Origin: Halieaceae bacterium
GTDB taxonomy: Bacteria > Pseudomonadota > Gammaproteobacteria > Pseudomonadales > Halieaceae
Reading direction: 5' to 3'
DNA: 64,000 nucleotides
NCBI GenBank assembly: GCA_038134505.1
Contig: JAYPVH010000008.1
Location: forward strand, 13,567 to 77,566
Shown: positions 25,919 through 37,870 of the stretch, in pieces
How positions within the stretch are numbered: position 1 is the stretch's first letter
Layout: each line of letters opens with the position of its first letter
Translations under genes and position numbers: made by a program
The notes under the pieces: model-generated
What the model was told of the DNA's origin: nothing
Seen by the model: the letters and a program-made list of their open reading frames with translations, nothing else
The model's database searches: none

Positions 25919-26063
25919 TTCCTATCGCTGTGTTAACGATCTCTACAATCCACCGGCTTGCAAACCCTCGGTGAGAACCAAGCTTGCGAGGGCGCGAGAC
26001 GATCTCATCTCAAGCCCAGTGGCCGCTGTATCGATTTGCGGCTTACGCCTCGCGCCAAAGCTG

Positions 26064-26495
26064 CTAGGCAGTCGGTGTCTCCGCGGCCCGCTGAATACGC
26101 TTTGCTGACAGATCATCTGCAGCAGGCAGGGAATGCCGCAAACCGCCATTGACCTTACAGCCAACTGCCATTTCGATCAGGTTGTAGTAAACATCCCCTT
26201 GCACCTCGGCTTTTTCAGCCAATTCAAGGCGCTCTGACACATACAAATCGCCACGGACGGTGCCATTGACCATCGCCGAGGGGACGCGCACCTCACCCTC
26301 GACAGCGCCGCCCGCAACAATGCGCAGTAGCGCCTCCTGTCCGGGCTCGGCAGTAATCGAACCCACTACCTTGCCCTCGACATCGAGGTTACCGACAAAC
26401 TTAATATCACCCGTCACGACGGCATCGGCAGCAATCAACGTGGTGCTGCCTTTTACCGTTGTAACCGGCTTGTTTTTACGATCCATCATATTCAC
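26064..26495 (-). CDS. bactofilin-family polymer-forming cytoskeletal protein
   Basis: Repetitive beta-helix pattern (I/V)xGx(I/V)xG, as in VVTGDIKFVGNLDVEGKVVGSITA...VEGEVRV...VNGTVRGDLYV...VQGDVYY. ATGA overlap with the upstream gene. Confidence 0.85.
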   Translation of the reverse strand: MNMMDRKNKPVTTVKGSTTLIAADAVVTGDIKFVGNLDVEGKVVGSITAEPGQEALLRIVAGGAVEGEVRVPSAMVNGTVRGDLYVSERLELAEKAEVQGDVYYNLIEMAVGCKVNGGLRHSLPAADDLSAKRIQRAAETPTA

Positions 26496-27214
26496 CCATC
26501 CTGATCCGCAACGGCATCAACCCCGTTCCGAACATTGGTTGTTAACTCTGACCAGTCAAAACGCTTCTCCAACGACTCACGCGCAGGGCGCGTGAGGCTT
26601 GCCTCAAGTCGCATTCGCTTTGCGACAAATCCTTCGGGCAACTGCAACTGGCCTTGGAAACGCTGAAAGTAACGGAAACTGAGCGTAAATGCATCTGTTT
26701 CCATCTCCGGGTCGAGACGATTGAGCGCTAAAGTCTCAGCCTGGCCTAGATACTCTCCGTCAACGAACATTGCGAGACTACCCTTGTAGACTGTATCCGT
26801 CCGCTTGCCTTGCTGAACCACCAATTGGTAGCGCCAGAGATTGGGCGCGCCGCCAGAACTCATGACGGGCTGGCGCAGCACAATGTTCTGCGCCGCATCC
26901 TCAGGTGTCAGCACCTCACGATAAAAAGAAAGCTCGCGCCCCAGCTCTGCCAACACGGCGCGAGATTCGGCCAGATCCGCCCTCAGCGTGGCTAAGGTCT
27001 CAAGATCGATATCCCGCCGCATTGTCAGTTGCTGTATTTGCTCACGAAGTTGGCCGCGCTCGTCATTGAGAGCAACCACGCGAGGCGGTGCATAATGTCG
27101 GCCAAGGGCGATACCCACCGAGAGTGCCGTTACCAAGCTCGCCCACAACAGCCAGCGCCTGCGACGCTGCCGTGCAGGATCGGTCCGAATCACGGTCGCA
27201 GGCTGTGTATCCAT
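26492..27214 (-). CDS. membrane-anchored coiled-coil protein (hypothetical), partner of the bactofilin
   Basis: Basic N-terminus plus the TM segment WLLWASLVTALSVGIALG, then a coiled-coil-like stretch (REQIQQLTMRRDIDLETLATLRADLAESRAVLAEL). No catalytic motif recognised. Confidence 0.65.
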   Translation of the reverse strand: MDTQPATVIRTDPARQRRRRWLLWASLVTALSVGIALGRHYAPPRVVALNDERGQLREQIQQLTMRRDIDLETLATLRADLAESRAVLAELGRELSFYREVLTPEDAAQNIVLRQPVMSSGGAPNLWRYQLVVQQGKRTDTVYKGSLAMFVDGEYLGQAETLALNRLDPEMETDAFTLSFRYFQRFQGQLQLPEGFVAKRMRLEASLTRPARESLEKRFDWSELTTNVRNGVDAVADQDG

Positions 27215-27231
27215 GACAGTAAAACGTGGTC

Positions 27232-28263
27232 CTAAGGAATCAGCCCGATCACATCGAGACCAGAGGATTCAGGTAGACCCAACATAATGTTCATGATTTG
27301 CACGGCCTGTCCCGATGCGCCCTTAACCAGATTATCAATCGCAACGGTCACGACCACCTCGGACCGGCCCTGGGGCTGGGTCACCGCAATCTGACAGTGA
27401 TTGGCACCGCGGACGGTACGCGTCTGAGGATACTGTCCACTCGGCATCACGCCAACAAAAGGCTCATCGGCATACGTCGCCTCAAACAAATCTTGAAGAT
27501 CGACATTCGACGCGCTGAGGTGCGCAAACAAGGTGGAGTGAATACCTCGGCTCATGGGTGCCAAATGCGGCACAAACGTTAACTGCACCGGCTGCTCAGC
27601 GATCGCCGCTAGGCCCTGTTCAATCTCAGGTAAGTGGCGATGACCCGACACACCGTAGGCTTTAAAACTTTCGCCAGCCTCGGTCAGCAAGTGATCGATT
27701 TTTGCCTGCCGCCCGGCACCACTGACGCCAGAGGCACTCGAAGCGATCAAGCGTTTGGGATCGATAACACCTGCCTGAAGCAGCGGCAAAAACCCCAACT
27801 GGATAGAGGTCGGGTAACAACCGGGCGCCGCGACCAATTGCGCAGAGGCGATGGCATCGCGATTCACCTCAGGCAGACCATAGACAGCCTGCGGGATTAG
27901 ATCAGGCGCCACATGAGCCTCCCCATACCACTGCTCCCACAGCGCCACATCCTGCAAGCGGAAGTCGGCGGAGAGGTCGATCACTCGTTGACCGCGATCG
28001 AGGAAGGCGCCCACGCTGTGCATCGCCACATTATGCGGTGTTGCAAAAAAGACAATGTCACAGGCATCCAGGGCACCCGAATCGGGATCAGTAAATTGCA
28101 AATCAGTCCGGCCTAGAAGCGTCGGAAATAAGTCCGCCACGTGGCGTCCCGCCTCGCTCCTCGATGTAATTGCGTCCACAGTCACGCCCTCGTGGAGTAG
28201 CAACAATCTCAGCAACTCCACCCCCGTGTAACCAGTCCCGCCGACAATACCCACGCTAATCAT
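27232..28263 (-). CDS. argC: N-acetyl-gamma-glutamyl-phosphate reductase
   Basis: The N-terminal [14 protein letters not shown] Rossmann motif and the active-site PGCYPTS are present. Confidence 0.95.
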   Translation of the reverse strand: MISVGIVGGTGYTGVELLRLLLLHEGVTVDAITSRSEAGRHVADLFPTLLGRTDLQFTDPDSGALDACDIVFFATPHNVAMHSVGAFLDRGQRVIDLSADFRLQDVALWEQWYGEAHVAPDLIPQAVYGLPEVNRDAIASAQLVAAPGCYPTSIQLGFLPLLQAGVIDPKRLIASSASGVSGAGRQAKIDHLLTEAGESFKAYGVSGHRHLPEIEQGLAAIAEQPVQLTFVPHLAPMSRGIHSTLFAHLSASNVDLQDLFEATYADEPFVGVMPSGQYPQTRTVRGANHCQIAVTQPQGRSEVVVTVAIDNLVKGASGQAVQIMNIMLGLPESSGLDVIGLIP

Positions 28264-28339
28264 GACACTGTTCGCTTTTGCTCAACTCGGAAATGGCGTA
28301 CTTTCTCATGTTCTGGCGTCTACCGCTATGGAGGAAGTC

Positions 28340-28759
28340 ATGCTCTGGATACAGGGTTTGCATGTCATTTTTGTGGTCTGTTGGTTTGCAGGTCTATTTT
28401 ACCTGCCGCGCATCTTCGTATATTACGCGTCGGCAGAGTCACAAGACACGCGCAAGACCTTGGCAGTGATGGCGACGAAGCTCTATCGCTTTGTCACACC
28501 GTTTCTGTGGCTGACTTTACTCTTCGGCGCTTGGCGCTTGAGCTTTCAGTGGGAGTACTACCTCAGTCAAAGCTGGATGCTGATTAAGTTGGCCTGCGTC
28601 GCATTTCTGGTCGGCTTTCATTTCCAATGCGGTGTGTACTTGCGAAGGATTCAGCGCGGAGACAATGACAAAGGCCACGTTTTTTACCGTTTCTTCAATG
28701 AAGTACCGGTGCTGTTTTTGTTCGCGATCGTGCTGATGGTCTACCTGCGTCCGCTGTGA
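28340..28759 (+). CDS. hemJ: protoporphyrinogen IX oxidase HemJ (CopD-like TIGR00701 family)
   Basis: MLWIQGLHVIFVVCWFAGLFYLPRIFVYY matches the conserved HemJ N-terminus. ATG 28340 is preceded by GGAGGA at a 5-nt spacing. The longer ORF from 28262 would abut the argC start. Confidence 0.8.
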   Translation: MLWIQGLHVIFVVCWFAGLFYLPRIFVYYASAESQDTRKTLAVMATKLYRFVTPFLWLTLLFGAWRLSFQWEYYLSQSWMLIKLACVAFLVGFHFQCGVYLRRIQRGDNDKGHVFYRFFNEVPVLFLFAIVLMVYLRPL

Positions 28760-28834
28760 CCGTCCAAGCACCTAGACAGAAAAACTGCAAAGCTCTGCGT
28801 TCCCTGTAATAATGCGGGTTGTCATCCGGGGGGA

Positions 28835-30124
28835 ATGAACAGCATGACCAAGTCCGAAGCACTTTTTTCTCGAGCGCAGCAAAGTATTCCAGGTGGCGTG
28901 AATTCGCCTGTGCGCGCTTTCAAAGCGGTGGGCGGCACACCGCGTTTCATTCAGCGCGCGCAGGGTGCCTACATGTGGGATGTCGATGGCAACCGCTACA
29001 TCGACTACGTATTGAGCTGGGGGCCGATGATCCTCGGGCACAGCCATCCCGAGGTACGCGATGCGGTTCAGCGCATTGCTGCGGACGGGCTGAGTTTTGG
29101 CGCGCCCACCGAGATCGAAATTGAGCTGGCGGAACTGCTGTGCCGACTGATTCCGAGCATGGATCAGGTGCGAATGACGAGCTCGGGTACCGAGGCGACA
29201 ATGAGTGCCATTCGGCTGGCGCGCGGTTTCACCGGTCGCGATAAGATTATTAAATTTGAAGGCTGCTACCACGGTCACTCCGACTCACTACTCATCAAAG
29301 CAGGCTCCGGCGCGTTGACCTTTGGTGTACCGAGTTCACCTGGCGTTCCCGACGTGTTGGCCCAACACACCATCACCTTACCGTTTAACGATCTCGAAGC
29401 GCTCAAGCAAGCTTTCGAAGCGCTCGGCGATGAAATCGCCTGTGTCATCACGGAACCCGTGACCGGCAACATGAATTGCATCCTACCTGAGACGGGCTAC
29501 CTCGAAGGTATGCGAGCACTCTGCTCGCAATACGGCAGTGTCCTCATCTTCGATGAGGTCATGACAGGGTTTCGCTTCGGTACTGGGTGTGCGCAGGGCT
29601 ATCTGGGTATCACGCCTGATTTAACCTGCCTCGGCAAAGTCATTGGCGGTGGTATGCCCGTGGGTGCTTTCGGCGGTCGCGCAGATATCATGGCTCACAT
29701 CTCGCCACTCGGTCCCGTCTATCAAGCGGGCACCCTCTCCGGCAATCCTGTGGCAATGGCGGCAGGCCTAACCACGCTGAAACTCATTTCCGAATCCGGC
29801 TTTTACGAACCCCTTTTTGCGCGTACCAGCGCGCTGTGTGAGGGCCTACAACAGGCCGCGGATCATGCGGGCGTTCCCTTTACTACCAATCATTTGGGAA
29901 CCATGTTTGGCGGATTCTTCACCAGCGACAACAAAGTCACCCAATACAGTCAGGTGATCGCTAGTGATACCGAAGCATTCAGTCGTTTTTTCCACGGCCT
30001 GCTACAGCATGGTGTCTACATCGCACCCGCCTCTTTTGAGGCCGGCTTCATGTCATCAGCACATACCGACGACGATATCGCAGCAACACTCGATGCGGCG
30101 CAGCGCGCCTTTTCGGCTTTGTAA
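28835..30124 (+). CDS. hemL: glutamate-1-semialdehyde 2,1-aminomutase
   Basis: [12 protein letters not shown] and the class-III aminotransferase core with the PLP-Lys context ([19 protein letters not shown]). Confidence 0.95.
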   Translation: MNSMTKSEALFSRAQQSIPGGVNSPVRAFKAVGGTPRFIQRAQGAYMWDVDGNRYIDYVLSWGPMILGHSHPEVRDAVQRIAADGLSFGAPTEIEIELAELLCRLIPSMDQVRMTSSGTEATMSAIRLARGFTGRDKIIKFEGCYHGHSDSLLIKAGSGALTFGVPSSPGVPDVLAQHTITLPFNDLEALKQAFEALGDEIACVITEPVTGNMNCILPETGYLEGMRALCSQYGSVLIFDEVMTGFRFGTGCAQGYLGITPDLTCLGKVIGGGMPVGAFGGRADIMAHISPLGPVYQAGTLSGNPVAMAAGLTTLKLISESGFYEPLFARTSALCEGLQQAADHAGVPFTTNHLGTMFGGFFTSDNKVTQYSQVIASDTEAFSRFFHGLLQHGVYIAPASFEAGFMSSAHTDDDIAATLDAAQRAFSAL

Positions 30125-31140
<1,016 letters not shown>

Positions 31141-31141
<1 letters not shown>

Positions 31142-31842
31142 TGCGCTCACTGGCCTCGCTTCTCGCGGCGGCTCTCTCCGCTGCTACCGCCGCGCAAACA
31201 CCCCCAGAGGACTGCGCCTGCCTCTGGCAGGGTAGCTTTAGCGAGGTGGTGCAGACGACTGATTTAGTCGTTGCAGGTGAGGTGAGCGGCCGCAAGGGCA
31301 ACGCGATTGACTTGTCGGTGCAACAGTCTTTGCACGGTCCCGCGTGGCATGAATCCATCCGCATCTGGATGAAAGCAGCATCCTATTGTCGACCGCCTGT
31401 GGAACAATTTTCTATCGGTAGCCGGTGGGTACTCGCACTACACAAAATCGACGTCGTCCCAGAGAATGGATTCAACCCATCAACACCCAGCATCAGTTAC
31501 GGCCGGGTCGGTGACTATCGCTTATCCAATTGTGGTGGCTACTGGCTGCGCGTCAACGGCAATCTCGTAGAGGGCAATCTTCTCCCCGAGATGCCGCGAT
31601 GGGATTATCAACCGCCAATGCGTGGCGTACCTCTCCCCCTGCTATCCCGCTATATCCATGAGCGAGTTCATAGCACAAAAGATGAGACTGAAGGTCAAGC
31701 CAATAGCGATAGCGCCACACTCGATGCAATGAGGCAAGCGAGTCAGGAGGATCCCGCACTGCGTGAGTTAATGCTTGATACGCGACAGTTTTTGCGGGGC
31801 TATGATTCGGTCGAGGTGGACTCTCCCAGCAATGGAAACTGA
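31141..31842 (+). CDS. secreted hypothetical protein (CxC motif just after the signal peptide)
   Basis: TAATG coupling to the hemB stop. Signal peptide MRSLASLLAAALSAATAAQT, then PPEDCACLWQGSFSEVVQTTDLVVAGEVSG. The 3' end overlaps the convergent NUDIX gene by 43 nt. Confidence 0.6.
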
Positions 31843-32438
31843 GGTGGTTCAATCAGCCCCTCGCTAGCGACGACAGCGAGCTCATTAATCATCCGCAACG
31901 ACAATCCCCAGATTTCGCGGCCCGCAAAAGGGATCATCTCTGACTCATAGATGCCCTCTTCTAATTCCCAGCACAATCTATCGCGTCGTTCTAAATCAAA
32001 CAGTACTGATATGGGCACCCAAACAGCACTGGCCACCTCCTGATTACAAACGACTGTGGGCTGCTCTGAGAGCATGAAGATAAACGGGAATACCCACATC
32101 TCAGGTCGGTCGGGACGCCACCCGGTATTCGCTGGCGACAGCGCGCACAACAGATCAGTCTCCTGCAGGCGAAGCGATAACTCCTCTTCAACCTCACGTA
32201 GACCGCAGGCGAGATCACTGCTGTCCTCTGGATCACGTTTACCACCAGGGAACGCCATTTGCCCAGACCAGGGGTCGCCCTCGCGTTGCGCGCGCTCAAT
32301 CATCAGCACTTCGACTTCAGTTGGGCCTTGTGCCATGACCATAATCACCGAGGCGCGCGGCACACCCGGTGTCGCCATGGACACATCGGCGTCATAAGCG
32401 CGCAGTCGGCTTGTGATGAGATCACTGCTATAAAACAT
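31800..32438 (-). CDS. NUDIX hydrolase (CoA pyrophosphatase-like)
   Basis: Nudix box FPGGKRDPEDSSDLACGLREVEEELSL. The start is uncertain: ATG 32438 (MFYSS...) is preferred over 32504, which would leave 5 nt to the divergent GNAT gene. Confidence 0.75.
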   Translation of the reverse strand: MFYSSDLITSRLRAYDADVSMATPGVPRASVIMVMAQGPTEVEVLMIERAQREGDPWSGQMAFPGGKRDPEDSSDLACGLREVEEELSLRLQETDLLCALSPANTGWRPDRPEMWVFPFIFMLSEQPTVVCNQEVASAVWVPISVLFDLERRDRLCWELEEGIYESEMIPFAGREIWGLSLRMINELAVVASEGLIEPPQFPLLGESTSTES

Positions 32439-32509
32439 CGTCGCGAAAATTTTGTGACAGGGAGCGCAACAGTCTACACTGCGGGCCTCCCAAGTACGAA
32501 TCAACGAAT

Positions 32510-32953
32510 GTGACGAAGTCAGTGATCAGCCTCAGGCGGGCAACAATCCGAGACCTCGAGCGTTTATTGGAGCTGGTCGAAGCTTTTTACACTGAAGACC
32601 AACATACCTTTGACAGCGCGCACTGCCGCGCCGCGCTGGTGCCGCTGCTCGAAGCGGATACTGCAGGCTGCGTATGGCTCACTGAAGGCGTCGCTGGGTA
32701 CGTCATCGTGACTTGGGGTTACAGCTTAGAAAGTGGCGGCCGGGAGGCATTGATCGACGAAATCTACATCGCAGAGAAGAACCGGGGTTACGGCACTCTT
32801 GTGATGCAGTCTTTGCTCCCTTTACTGCGTGAGCACGGTGCTAGAGTCCTGTTTCTTGAAACGGAGCTCCACAACCACCGCGCGCGCCGATTTTATGAAC
32901 GCATCGGTTTGACTGCAGATGACTCTATCTGGATGGCGATGCAGTTGACCTAA
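32510..32953 (+). CDS. GNAT-family N-acetyltransferase
   Basis: 147 aa. Motif A-like NRGYGTLVMQSL and C-terminal RARRFYERIGL. GTG start. Confidence 0.75.
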   Translation: MTKSVISLRRATIRDLERLLELVEAFYTEDQHTFDSAHCRAALVPLLEADTAGCVWLTEGVAGYVIVTWGYSLESGGREALIDEIYIAEKNRGYGTLVMQSLLPLLREHGARVLFLETELHNHRARRFYERIGLTADDSIWMAMQLT

Positions 32954-33047
32954 GACAGAACCGTGCACAGCCAAGCTGATGCGCTCCGAGAGACCTGAAC
33001 TTTGCGGCTGATTCAGCGATAATCGGTTTTTTAAAGAGGACACCACA

Positions 33048-34049
33048 GTGAAGAAATACACGGCCTACGCCATCGGCGCCGCCCTCGTTGACAGTGAAGT
33101 GCAAGTCAGCGATGCGGATCTTGCCGCCATGCAGGTGGAGAAAGGCGTCATGACGCTGGTCGATCAGGCGCGGCAGCGCGAACTGCTCAACCATCTCACC
33201 CATCATTTACTGGGTGCTCAACACGCGAGCGGTGGCAGTGCAGGAAACAGCATGATTGCCACAGCGCTATTTGGTGCACCGACCTATATGAGTTGCAAGG
33301 TCGCTCAAGACGCCGATGGCGACATTTATGTCGAAGATTTAGAGCGCAGCGGTGTCGATCATGGATTTAACCAAGGCCGCAAAGATGGCATTACCGGGAA
33401 GTGCTTGGTCCTCGTGACACCGGATGCTGAACGCAGCATGAACACCTATCTGGGCATCTCTGAGACCCTGTCCGTTGATGAAGTCAATGAGGTCGCGATT
33501 GCAGACGCAGAATGGGTTTATCTCGAGGGCTACTTGGTCACCTCACCACCCTGCCAAGAAGCGGCGCTGAGAACGCGTGAGTTGGCTTGCCTACACGGTG
33601 CCAAGATTGCGGTGAGTTTTTCAGACCCGGGCATGGTGACCTTTTTTAGAGACAATATGGTTGCGATGGTAGGCGATGGCGTGGACCTCATCTTCTGTAA
33701 CGAAATTGAAGCCAAGGAATGGGCTCAGACAGAGGACTTGCAAGAAGCCTTTGAGCAGCTCAAGGGTTCCGCGCGACAATTTGTGATCACGCGCGGAGCG
33801 CAAGGGGCCTTGGGGTGGGATGGCCATGCGGTGATCGAATGCGCAGCAGAGCCTGTGGCAGCGATCAATACCAATGGCGCTGGAGATATGTTCGCTGGCG
33901 CTTTTCTCTATGCGCTTTCAAGAGCCGTTTCTTTTGCCGACGCCATCGCCTTCGCAAGCCGGTCGGCAGCGCTCGTGGTACAACAGCATGGGCCGCGCCT
34001 CGATCGGGATACCTGTTTAAAACTTCGGCGCGATTTCTTCCACGACTAG
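33048..34049 (+). CDS. PfkB-family carbohydrate/nucleoside kinase (adenosine kinase-like)
   Basis: GGSAGNS N-terminal motif and the PfkB signature TNGAGDMFAGAFLY. GTG start with AAGAGGA 7 nt upstream. Confidence 0.85.
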   Translation: MKKYTAYAIGAALVDSEVQVSDADLAAMQVEKGVMTLVDQARQRELLNHLTHHLLGAQHASGGSAGNSMIATALFGAPTYMSCKVAQDADGDIYVEDLERSGVDHGFNQGRKDGITGKCLVLVTPDAERSMNTYLGISETLSVDEVNEVAIADAEWVYLEGYLVTSPPCQEAALRTRELACLHGAKIAVSFSDPGMVTFFRDNMVAMVGDGVDLIFCNEIEAKEWAQTEDLQEAFEQLKGSARQFVITRGAQGALGWDGHAVIECAAEPVAAINTNGAGDMFAGAFLYALSRAVSFADAIAFASRSAALVVQQHGPRLDRDTCLKLRRDFFHD

Positions 34050-34109
34050 CGGACTCTATCGATCCAACTCGCGCTAAAATACGATTTCTCTATTTCAAGG
34101 ACTGCACTA

Positions 34110-34469
34110 ATGACAGACCACGATATCAAACCCGAAATCAAGGCCGATCCACTCTATCAGATGCTGCGGCAAGAGGATGTGGACGGTTTTAACGCCCACC
34201 GTGATCAACTCGATACGAGCCACTTAAAGAGTGGCGACTATCGAGGCCGTGACCTGCGCAAGCTGAATGCACGAGGTTTAGATTTTTCCAATGCCTATTT
34301 TCGTCACACTGACCTTAGCGGCATCGACTTTCGTGAGACCAATCTCGAGGGCGCCTCACTGCTCGACGCTAAAGTCTCTGGCGTTTATTTCCCCGAGGGG
34401 CTCTCGCCTGAAGAGATTCGGCTTTCTCTCGATCACGGCACCCGGCTGCGTTACCGAAACCGTTCTTGA
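34110..34469 (+). CDS. pentapeptide-repeat protein
   Basis: Tandem A(D/N)LxX repeats: DLRKLNARGLDFSNAYFRHTDLSGIDFRETNLEGASLLDAKVSG. Confidence 0.85.
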   Translation: MTDHDIKPEIKADPLYQMLRQEDVDGFNAHRDQLDTSHLKSGDYRGRDLRKLNARGLDFSNAYFRHTDLSGIDFRETNLEGASLLDAKVSGVYFPEGLSPEEIRLSLDHGTRLRYRNRS

Positions 34470-36214
34470 TGACAACCGATTCGGCTCGCCAAAGGACTAA
34501 GCCCTCGCGATGGATAGTGCGCTGGCTCTGCGCAGGTGTTCTACTGATCAGTGGCGCATCCACGACGCTTGCGCAAAACTCTCTGGCCGCGCTGTCGCAG
34601 CAGAACAATCCTTTCTTACCCGTCACCGAGGCCTACCAACTCTCTGTCGCGACGATTGACTCAAAAACACTAGATTTACAGTGGCAAATCGCGCCCGGCT
34701 ACTACCTCTATCGACATGCATTTAAAGTAGCGGTCGGTTCGGGTGCCACTGCGACAGCACTCACGGTTGATCTGCCATTGGGTCTCGCGAAGACAGATGA
34801 GTTTTTTGGTGACGTTGAGGTCTACTACGACACTGTTCAGGCACAGGTTACCCTGCCCGAGGCGCTCTCAGATGGAGAGCATCTTCTACGAGTGACCTTT
34901 CAAGGCTGTGCCGATGCGGGGCTGTGTTATCCGCCCCACTCAGAGCCCTTCACACTGAAAATGCCGGGCGCTCAAGTAGTCGTGGGGGCGCCCGATGCAC
35001 TCGGCGTGGTGGCGGAAGCGGCTTTGCCGGAGCATGACGCACTGACATGGGCGGGAGCACTACTCTTTGCCTTTTTGGGCGGCCTCATTTTAAATCTGAT
35101 GCCTTGCGTTCTCCCCGTCCTATCACTCAAAGCCCTAGCATTCACCCAAGAAAACCCGAAGAGTCGTCAATACAGCTGGATTTATGCACTCGGCGTGCTG
35201 ACTAGCTTTGTTGCCATCGCCGCGACACTGATCGTCTTGCAGCGTGCTGGCGAGTGGGTCGGCTGGGGCTTCCAACTGCAGTCGACTGGCTTCGTCCTAG
35301 GGTTGGCCTATCTGTTTGCCGCAATGGGGCTCTCGCTATCGGGGGCTGTACAACTCGGCGCCTCGTGGATGAACCTCGGTAACGAGCTCACCCAGCAACA
35401 GGGCGCTCGCGGCAGCTTTTTTACCGGCGTGCTGGCCGTGGTCGTTGCGAGTCCCTGCACTGCCCCATTCATGGGTACGGCGCTGGGTTTTGCTCTGGGG
35501 CAATCAAGCGTTGTGGCGCTATCGATTTTTGTGGCACTCGGCGCAGGTATGGCAGCGCCCATGGTTTTGCTCGCCGAGCTCCCCACAGCACGAGGCTGGC
35601 TGCCTAAACCAGGGCCTTGGATGGAGACGCTGAAACAAATACTCGCCTTCCCGCTCTACCTGACCAGTCTTTGGCTACTCTGGGTAGCGGGTCGACAACA
35701 AGGCTTGGACACGATGACCGCCGCAACTGCGGGTATTATTATCATGGCCCTTGGATTGAGTATTTGGGGCGAGGGGCCACGCCGCCGCGCGATCTCGATT
35801 CTGGCATTTATCGCGGCCTTTGCCCTCGCACAGGTTCGCCTAGGCGACGAATCGGCTGAGCGACAGCTCAGCCATGGAATCGCGTGGAGTGAGCAGGCGT
35901 TAGCATCGCAGCGCAGTGCTGGGCAGATCGTATTTCTCGACGTGACCGCTGACTGGTGCATCACTTGCATCGCTAATGAGAAAGCGGTCTTGCATACGGA
36001 TGCGATGCGCGACGCTTTTGCGCAACGCGGCGTAGTGTACATGGTCGCCGATTGGACCGATTACGACCCCGCCATAGGTTCTCTGGTACAGAGTCATGGG
36101 CGTAACGGGATTCCACTTTATGTGCTTTATGCACCCGGAAGCACCGCACCAGTTATCCTGCCGCAAATTTTGACCTTCGACACGGTTATTGACGCGATCG
36201 AAGCATTGCAATAG
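34466..36214 (+). CDS. dsbD: thiol:disulfide interchange protein DsbD (protein-disulfide reductase)
   Basis: N-terminal periplasmic domain (QGCADAGLCYPP), a central multi-TM domain with Cys-containing helices (LMPCVLPVL, SPCTAPF) and a C-terminal thioredoxin fold with DWCITC. Confidence 0.93.
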   Translation: MMTTDSARQRTKPSRWIVRWLCAGVLLISGASTTLAQNSLAALSQQNNPFLPVTEAYQLSVATIDSKTLDLQWQIAPGYYLYRHAFKVAVGSGATATALTVDLPLGLAKTDEFFGDVEVYYDTVQAQVTLPEALSDGEHLLRVTFQGCADAGLCYPPHSEPFTLKMPGAQVVVGAPDALGVVAEAALPEHDALTWAGALLFAFLGGLILNLMPCVLPVLSLKALAFTQENPKSRQYSWIYALGVLTSFVAIAATLIVLQRAGEWVGWGFQLQSTGFVLGLAYLFAAMGLSLSGAVQLGASWMNLGNELTQQQGARGSFFTGVLAVVVASPCTAPFMGTALGFALGQSSVVALSIFVALGAGMAAPMVLLAELPTARGWLPKPGPWMETLKQILAFPLYLTSLWLLWVAGRQQGLDTMTAATAGIIIMALGLSIWGEGPRRRAISILAFIAAFALAQVRLGDESAERQLSHGIAWSEQALASQRSAGQIVFLDVTADWCITCIANEKAVLHTDAMRDAFAQRGVVYMVADWTDYDPAIGSLVQSHGRNGIPLYVLYAPGSTAPVILPQILTFDTVIDAIEALQ

Positions 36215-36311
36215 CCACATTGTTGAGATTTCGCTGGCGACGGTAGTCGAGGCCAGTCGATTATCGGTACACTGTGACCTTCTTTACATCGGTTCTCATG
36301 AGAGATTTGTC

Positions 36312-36794
36312 ATGGCCAAGTTGTTACGTCGCGTATCGTTACTCAGCCTGCTGATATGGCAGTCCCCAGCGGTCGCACAGATCATGTTGCATGACTTCTG
36401 GGTCAGGCAAATGCCTCCCGGAGCCAGCGTTAACGCAGCTTATGGCCTGATCATGAATCACGGCGCGCAGCCGGTCATGATCACCGATGTCACCAGTGTG
36501 GCCGCGGATCGAGCGACCCTCCATGAAACGGTACAAGAAGATGACCGCGTGCGCATGAAGGCGGTGGGACAGGTCACCATCGAGCCAGGACAGACGCTCG
36601 CGCTAGCACCGGGCGGAATGCACGTCATGCTGATGGGGCTCGACACCTCACGATCTGTTGATGGCGTCTTGCCCATCTGCTTTTTGAGCAAGGACAGCAC
36701 AGGCCATACCGACTCCGTATGTACCGAGGCGGTCACCAAAGCCATGGTATCGCCGAATGGCGCTGTTCATTCCGAACACCACCAACACCAATGA
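36312..36794 (+). CDS. periplasmic copper chaperone PCu(A)C (DUF461)
   Basis: ATG 36312 gives the signal peptide MAKLLRRVSLLSLLIWQSPAVAQ. The H-x10-M ... M-H-x-M pattern is present (LHETVQEDDRVRMKAV ... GGMHVMLMGL). His-rich C-terminus HSEHHQHQ. Confidence 0.8.
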   Translation: MAKLLRRVSLLSLLIWQSPAVAQIMLHDFWVRQMPPGASVNAAYGLIMNHGAQPVMITDVTSVAADRATLHETVQEDDRVRMKAVGQVTIEPGQTLALAPGGMHVMLMGLDTSRSVDGVLPICFLSKDSTGHTDSVCTEAVTKAMVSPNGAVHSEHHQHQ

Positions 36795-37870
36795 CGGGCG
36801 CGTTGCTCATGTCTCTGCGAGAAAGAATCCGCCGCTTCGGTAGCCAAATCAAGGATACCGTTGTCTTAAGTGGCCTCAAAGAGGGGCGGCGCAGTTGGCG
36901 CTGGGTACTGCGAGTCGTACTGGTTTACGTGACCGCGAGCGGTGCGGTGGGGTATTGGTGGAGCACTCCCCCTGCGTTTTTTGACGTGCGTGAGGTTGCA
37001 GCGCAATCTGCCCAGCGTGCGGGTCAACCCGTCGTCACCGGCTCAGTCATGACCACCACGCTCATGGAGGTCATCCAAACACTTCTTAAAAAGCGCGGTG
37101 GCTATACGCACAACGACATCTTTCCGCCCGGGGTGTGGATGGACGACATGCCAAACTGGGAGTATGGCGTTCTAGTACAAACTCGTGACCTCGCGCGTGC
37201 CCTACGTGAGGTACTCAGCCGATCGCAGTCCCAGTCCACCGAAGATGTCGACCTCACTCTCGCCGAACCGCGAATCAACTTTCAATCCGACAGCTGGGCA
37301 CTCCCCGCGACTGAAAGTGAATACGCTGATGCTCGAAAATATCTCAATAACTATTTAAAGCGACTGCCAACACAGGGCGAAAATGGCTCTCAGTTTTATG
37401 CGCGCGCAGATAACTTAAGTTTTTGGCTCGGGATGGTAGAGAAGCGTTTGGGGAGTTTATCCCAACGATTGTCTGCCAGTGTCGGACAACGTCGACTCAA
37501 CACCGACCTAGCGGGAGATTCAGCTGCGGCACAATCAACGCAAGAGGCTGAAGAACTCGAGGTTAAGACGCCGTGGCGTGAAATTGACGATGTCTTTTTC
37601 GAAAGCCGCGGTGCAGCCTGGGCACTGATTCATTTTTTAAAAGCGGCGGAAATCGAGTTTGCGGACGTGTTGGCACGCAAAAATGCCACCGTGAGCTTGC
37701 GACAGATTATCCGGGAACTTGAGGCAAGTCAGGAGGCACTCTGGAGTCCCATGGTGCTCAATGGCTCGGGCTTTGGCCTCTGGGCCAACCACTCATTGGT
37801 TATGGCCAACTACATATCACGTGCCAACGCCGCATTGATCGATCTGCGAGAATTGCTCGCACAGGGCTAA
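36791..37870 (+). CDS. hypothetical membrane-anchored protein (possibly DUF2333 family)
   Basis: The ATG overlaps the upstream stop (ATGA at 36791). One N-terminal TM segment (WVLRVVLVYVTASGAVGYWW). The family name is recalled from similar gene context only and is not verified. Confidence 0.55.
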   Translation: MTGALLMSLRERIRRFGSQIKDTVVLSGLKEGRRSWRWVLRVVLVYVTASGAVGYWWSTPPAFFDVREVAAQSAQRAGQPVVTGSVMTTTLMEVIQTLLKKRGGYTHNDIFPPGVWMDDMPNWEYGVLVQTRDLARALREVLSRSQSQSTEDVDLTLAEPRINFQSDSWALPATESEYADARKYLNNYLKRLPTQGENGSQFYARADNLSFWLGMVEKRLGSLSQRLSASVGQRRLNTDLAGDSAAAQSTQEAEELEVKTPWREIDDVFFESRGAAWALIHFLKAAEIEFADVLARKNATVSLRQIIRELEASQEALWSPMVLNGSGFGLWANHSLVMANYISRANAALIDLRELLAQG

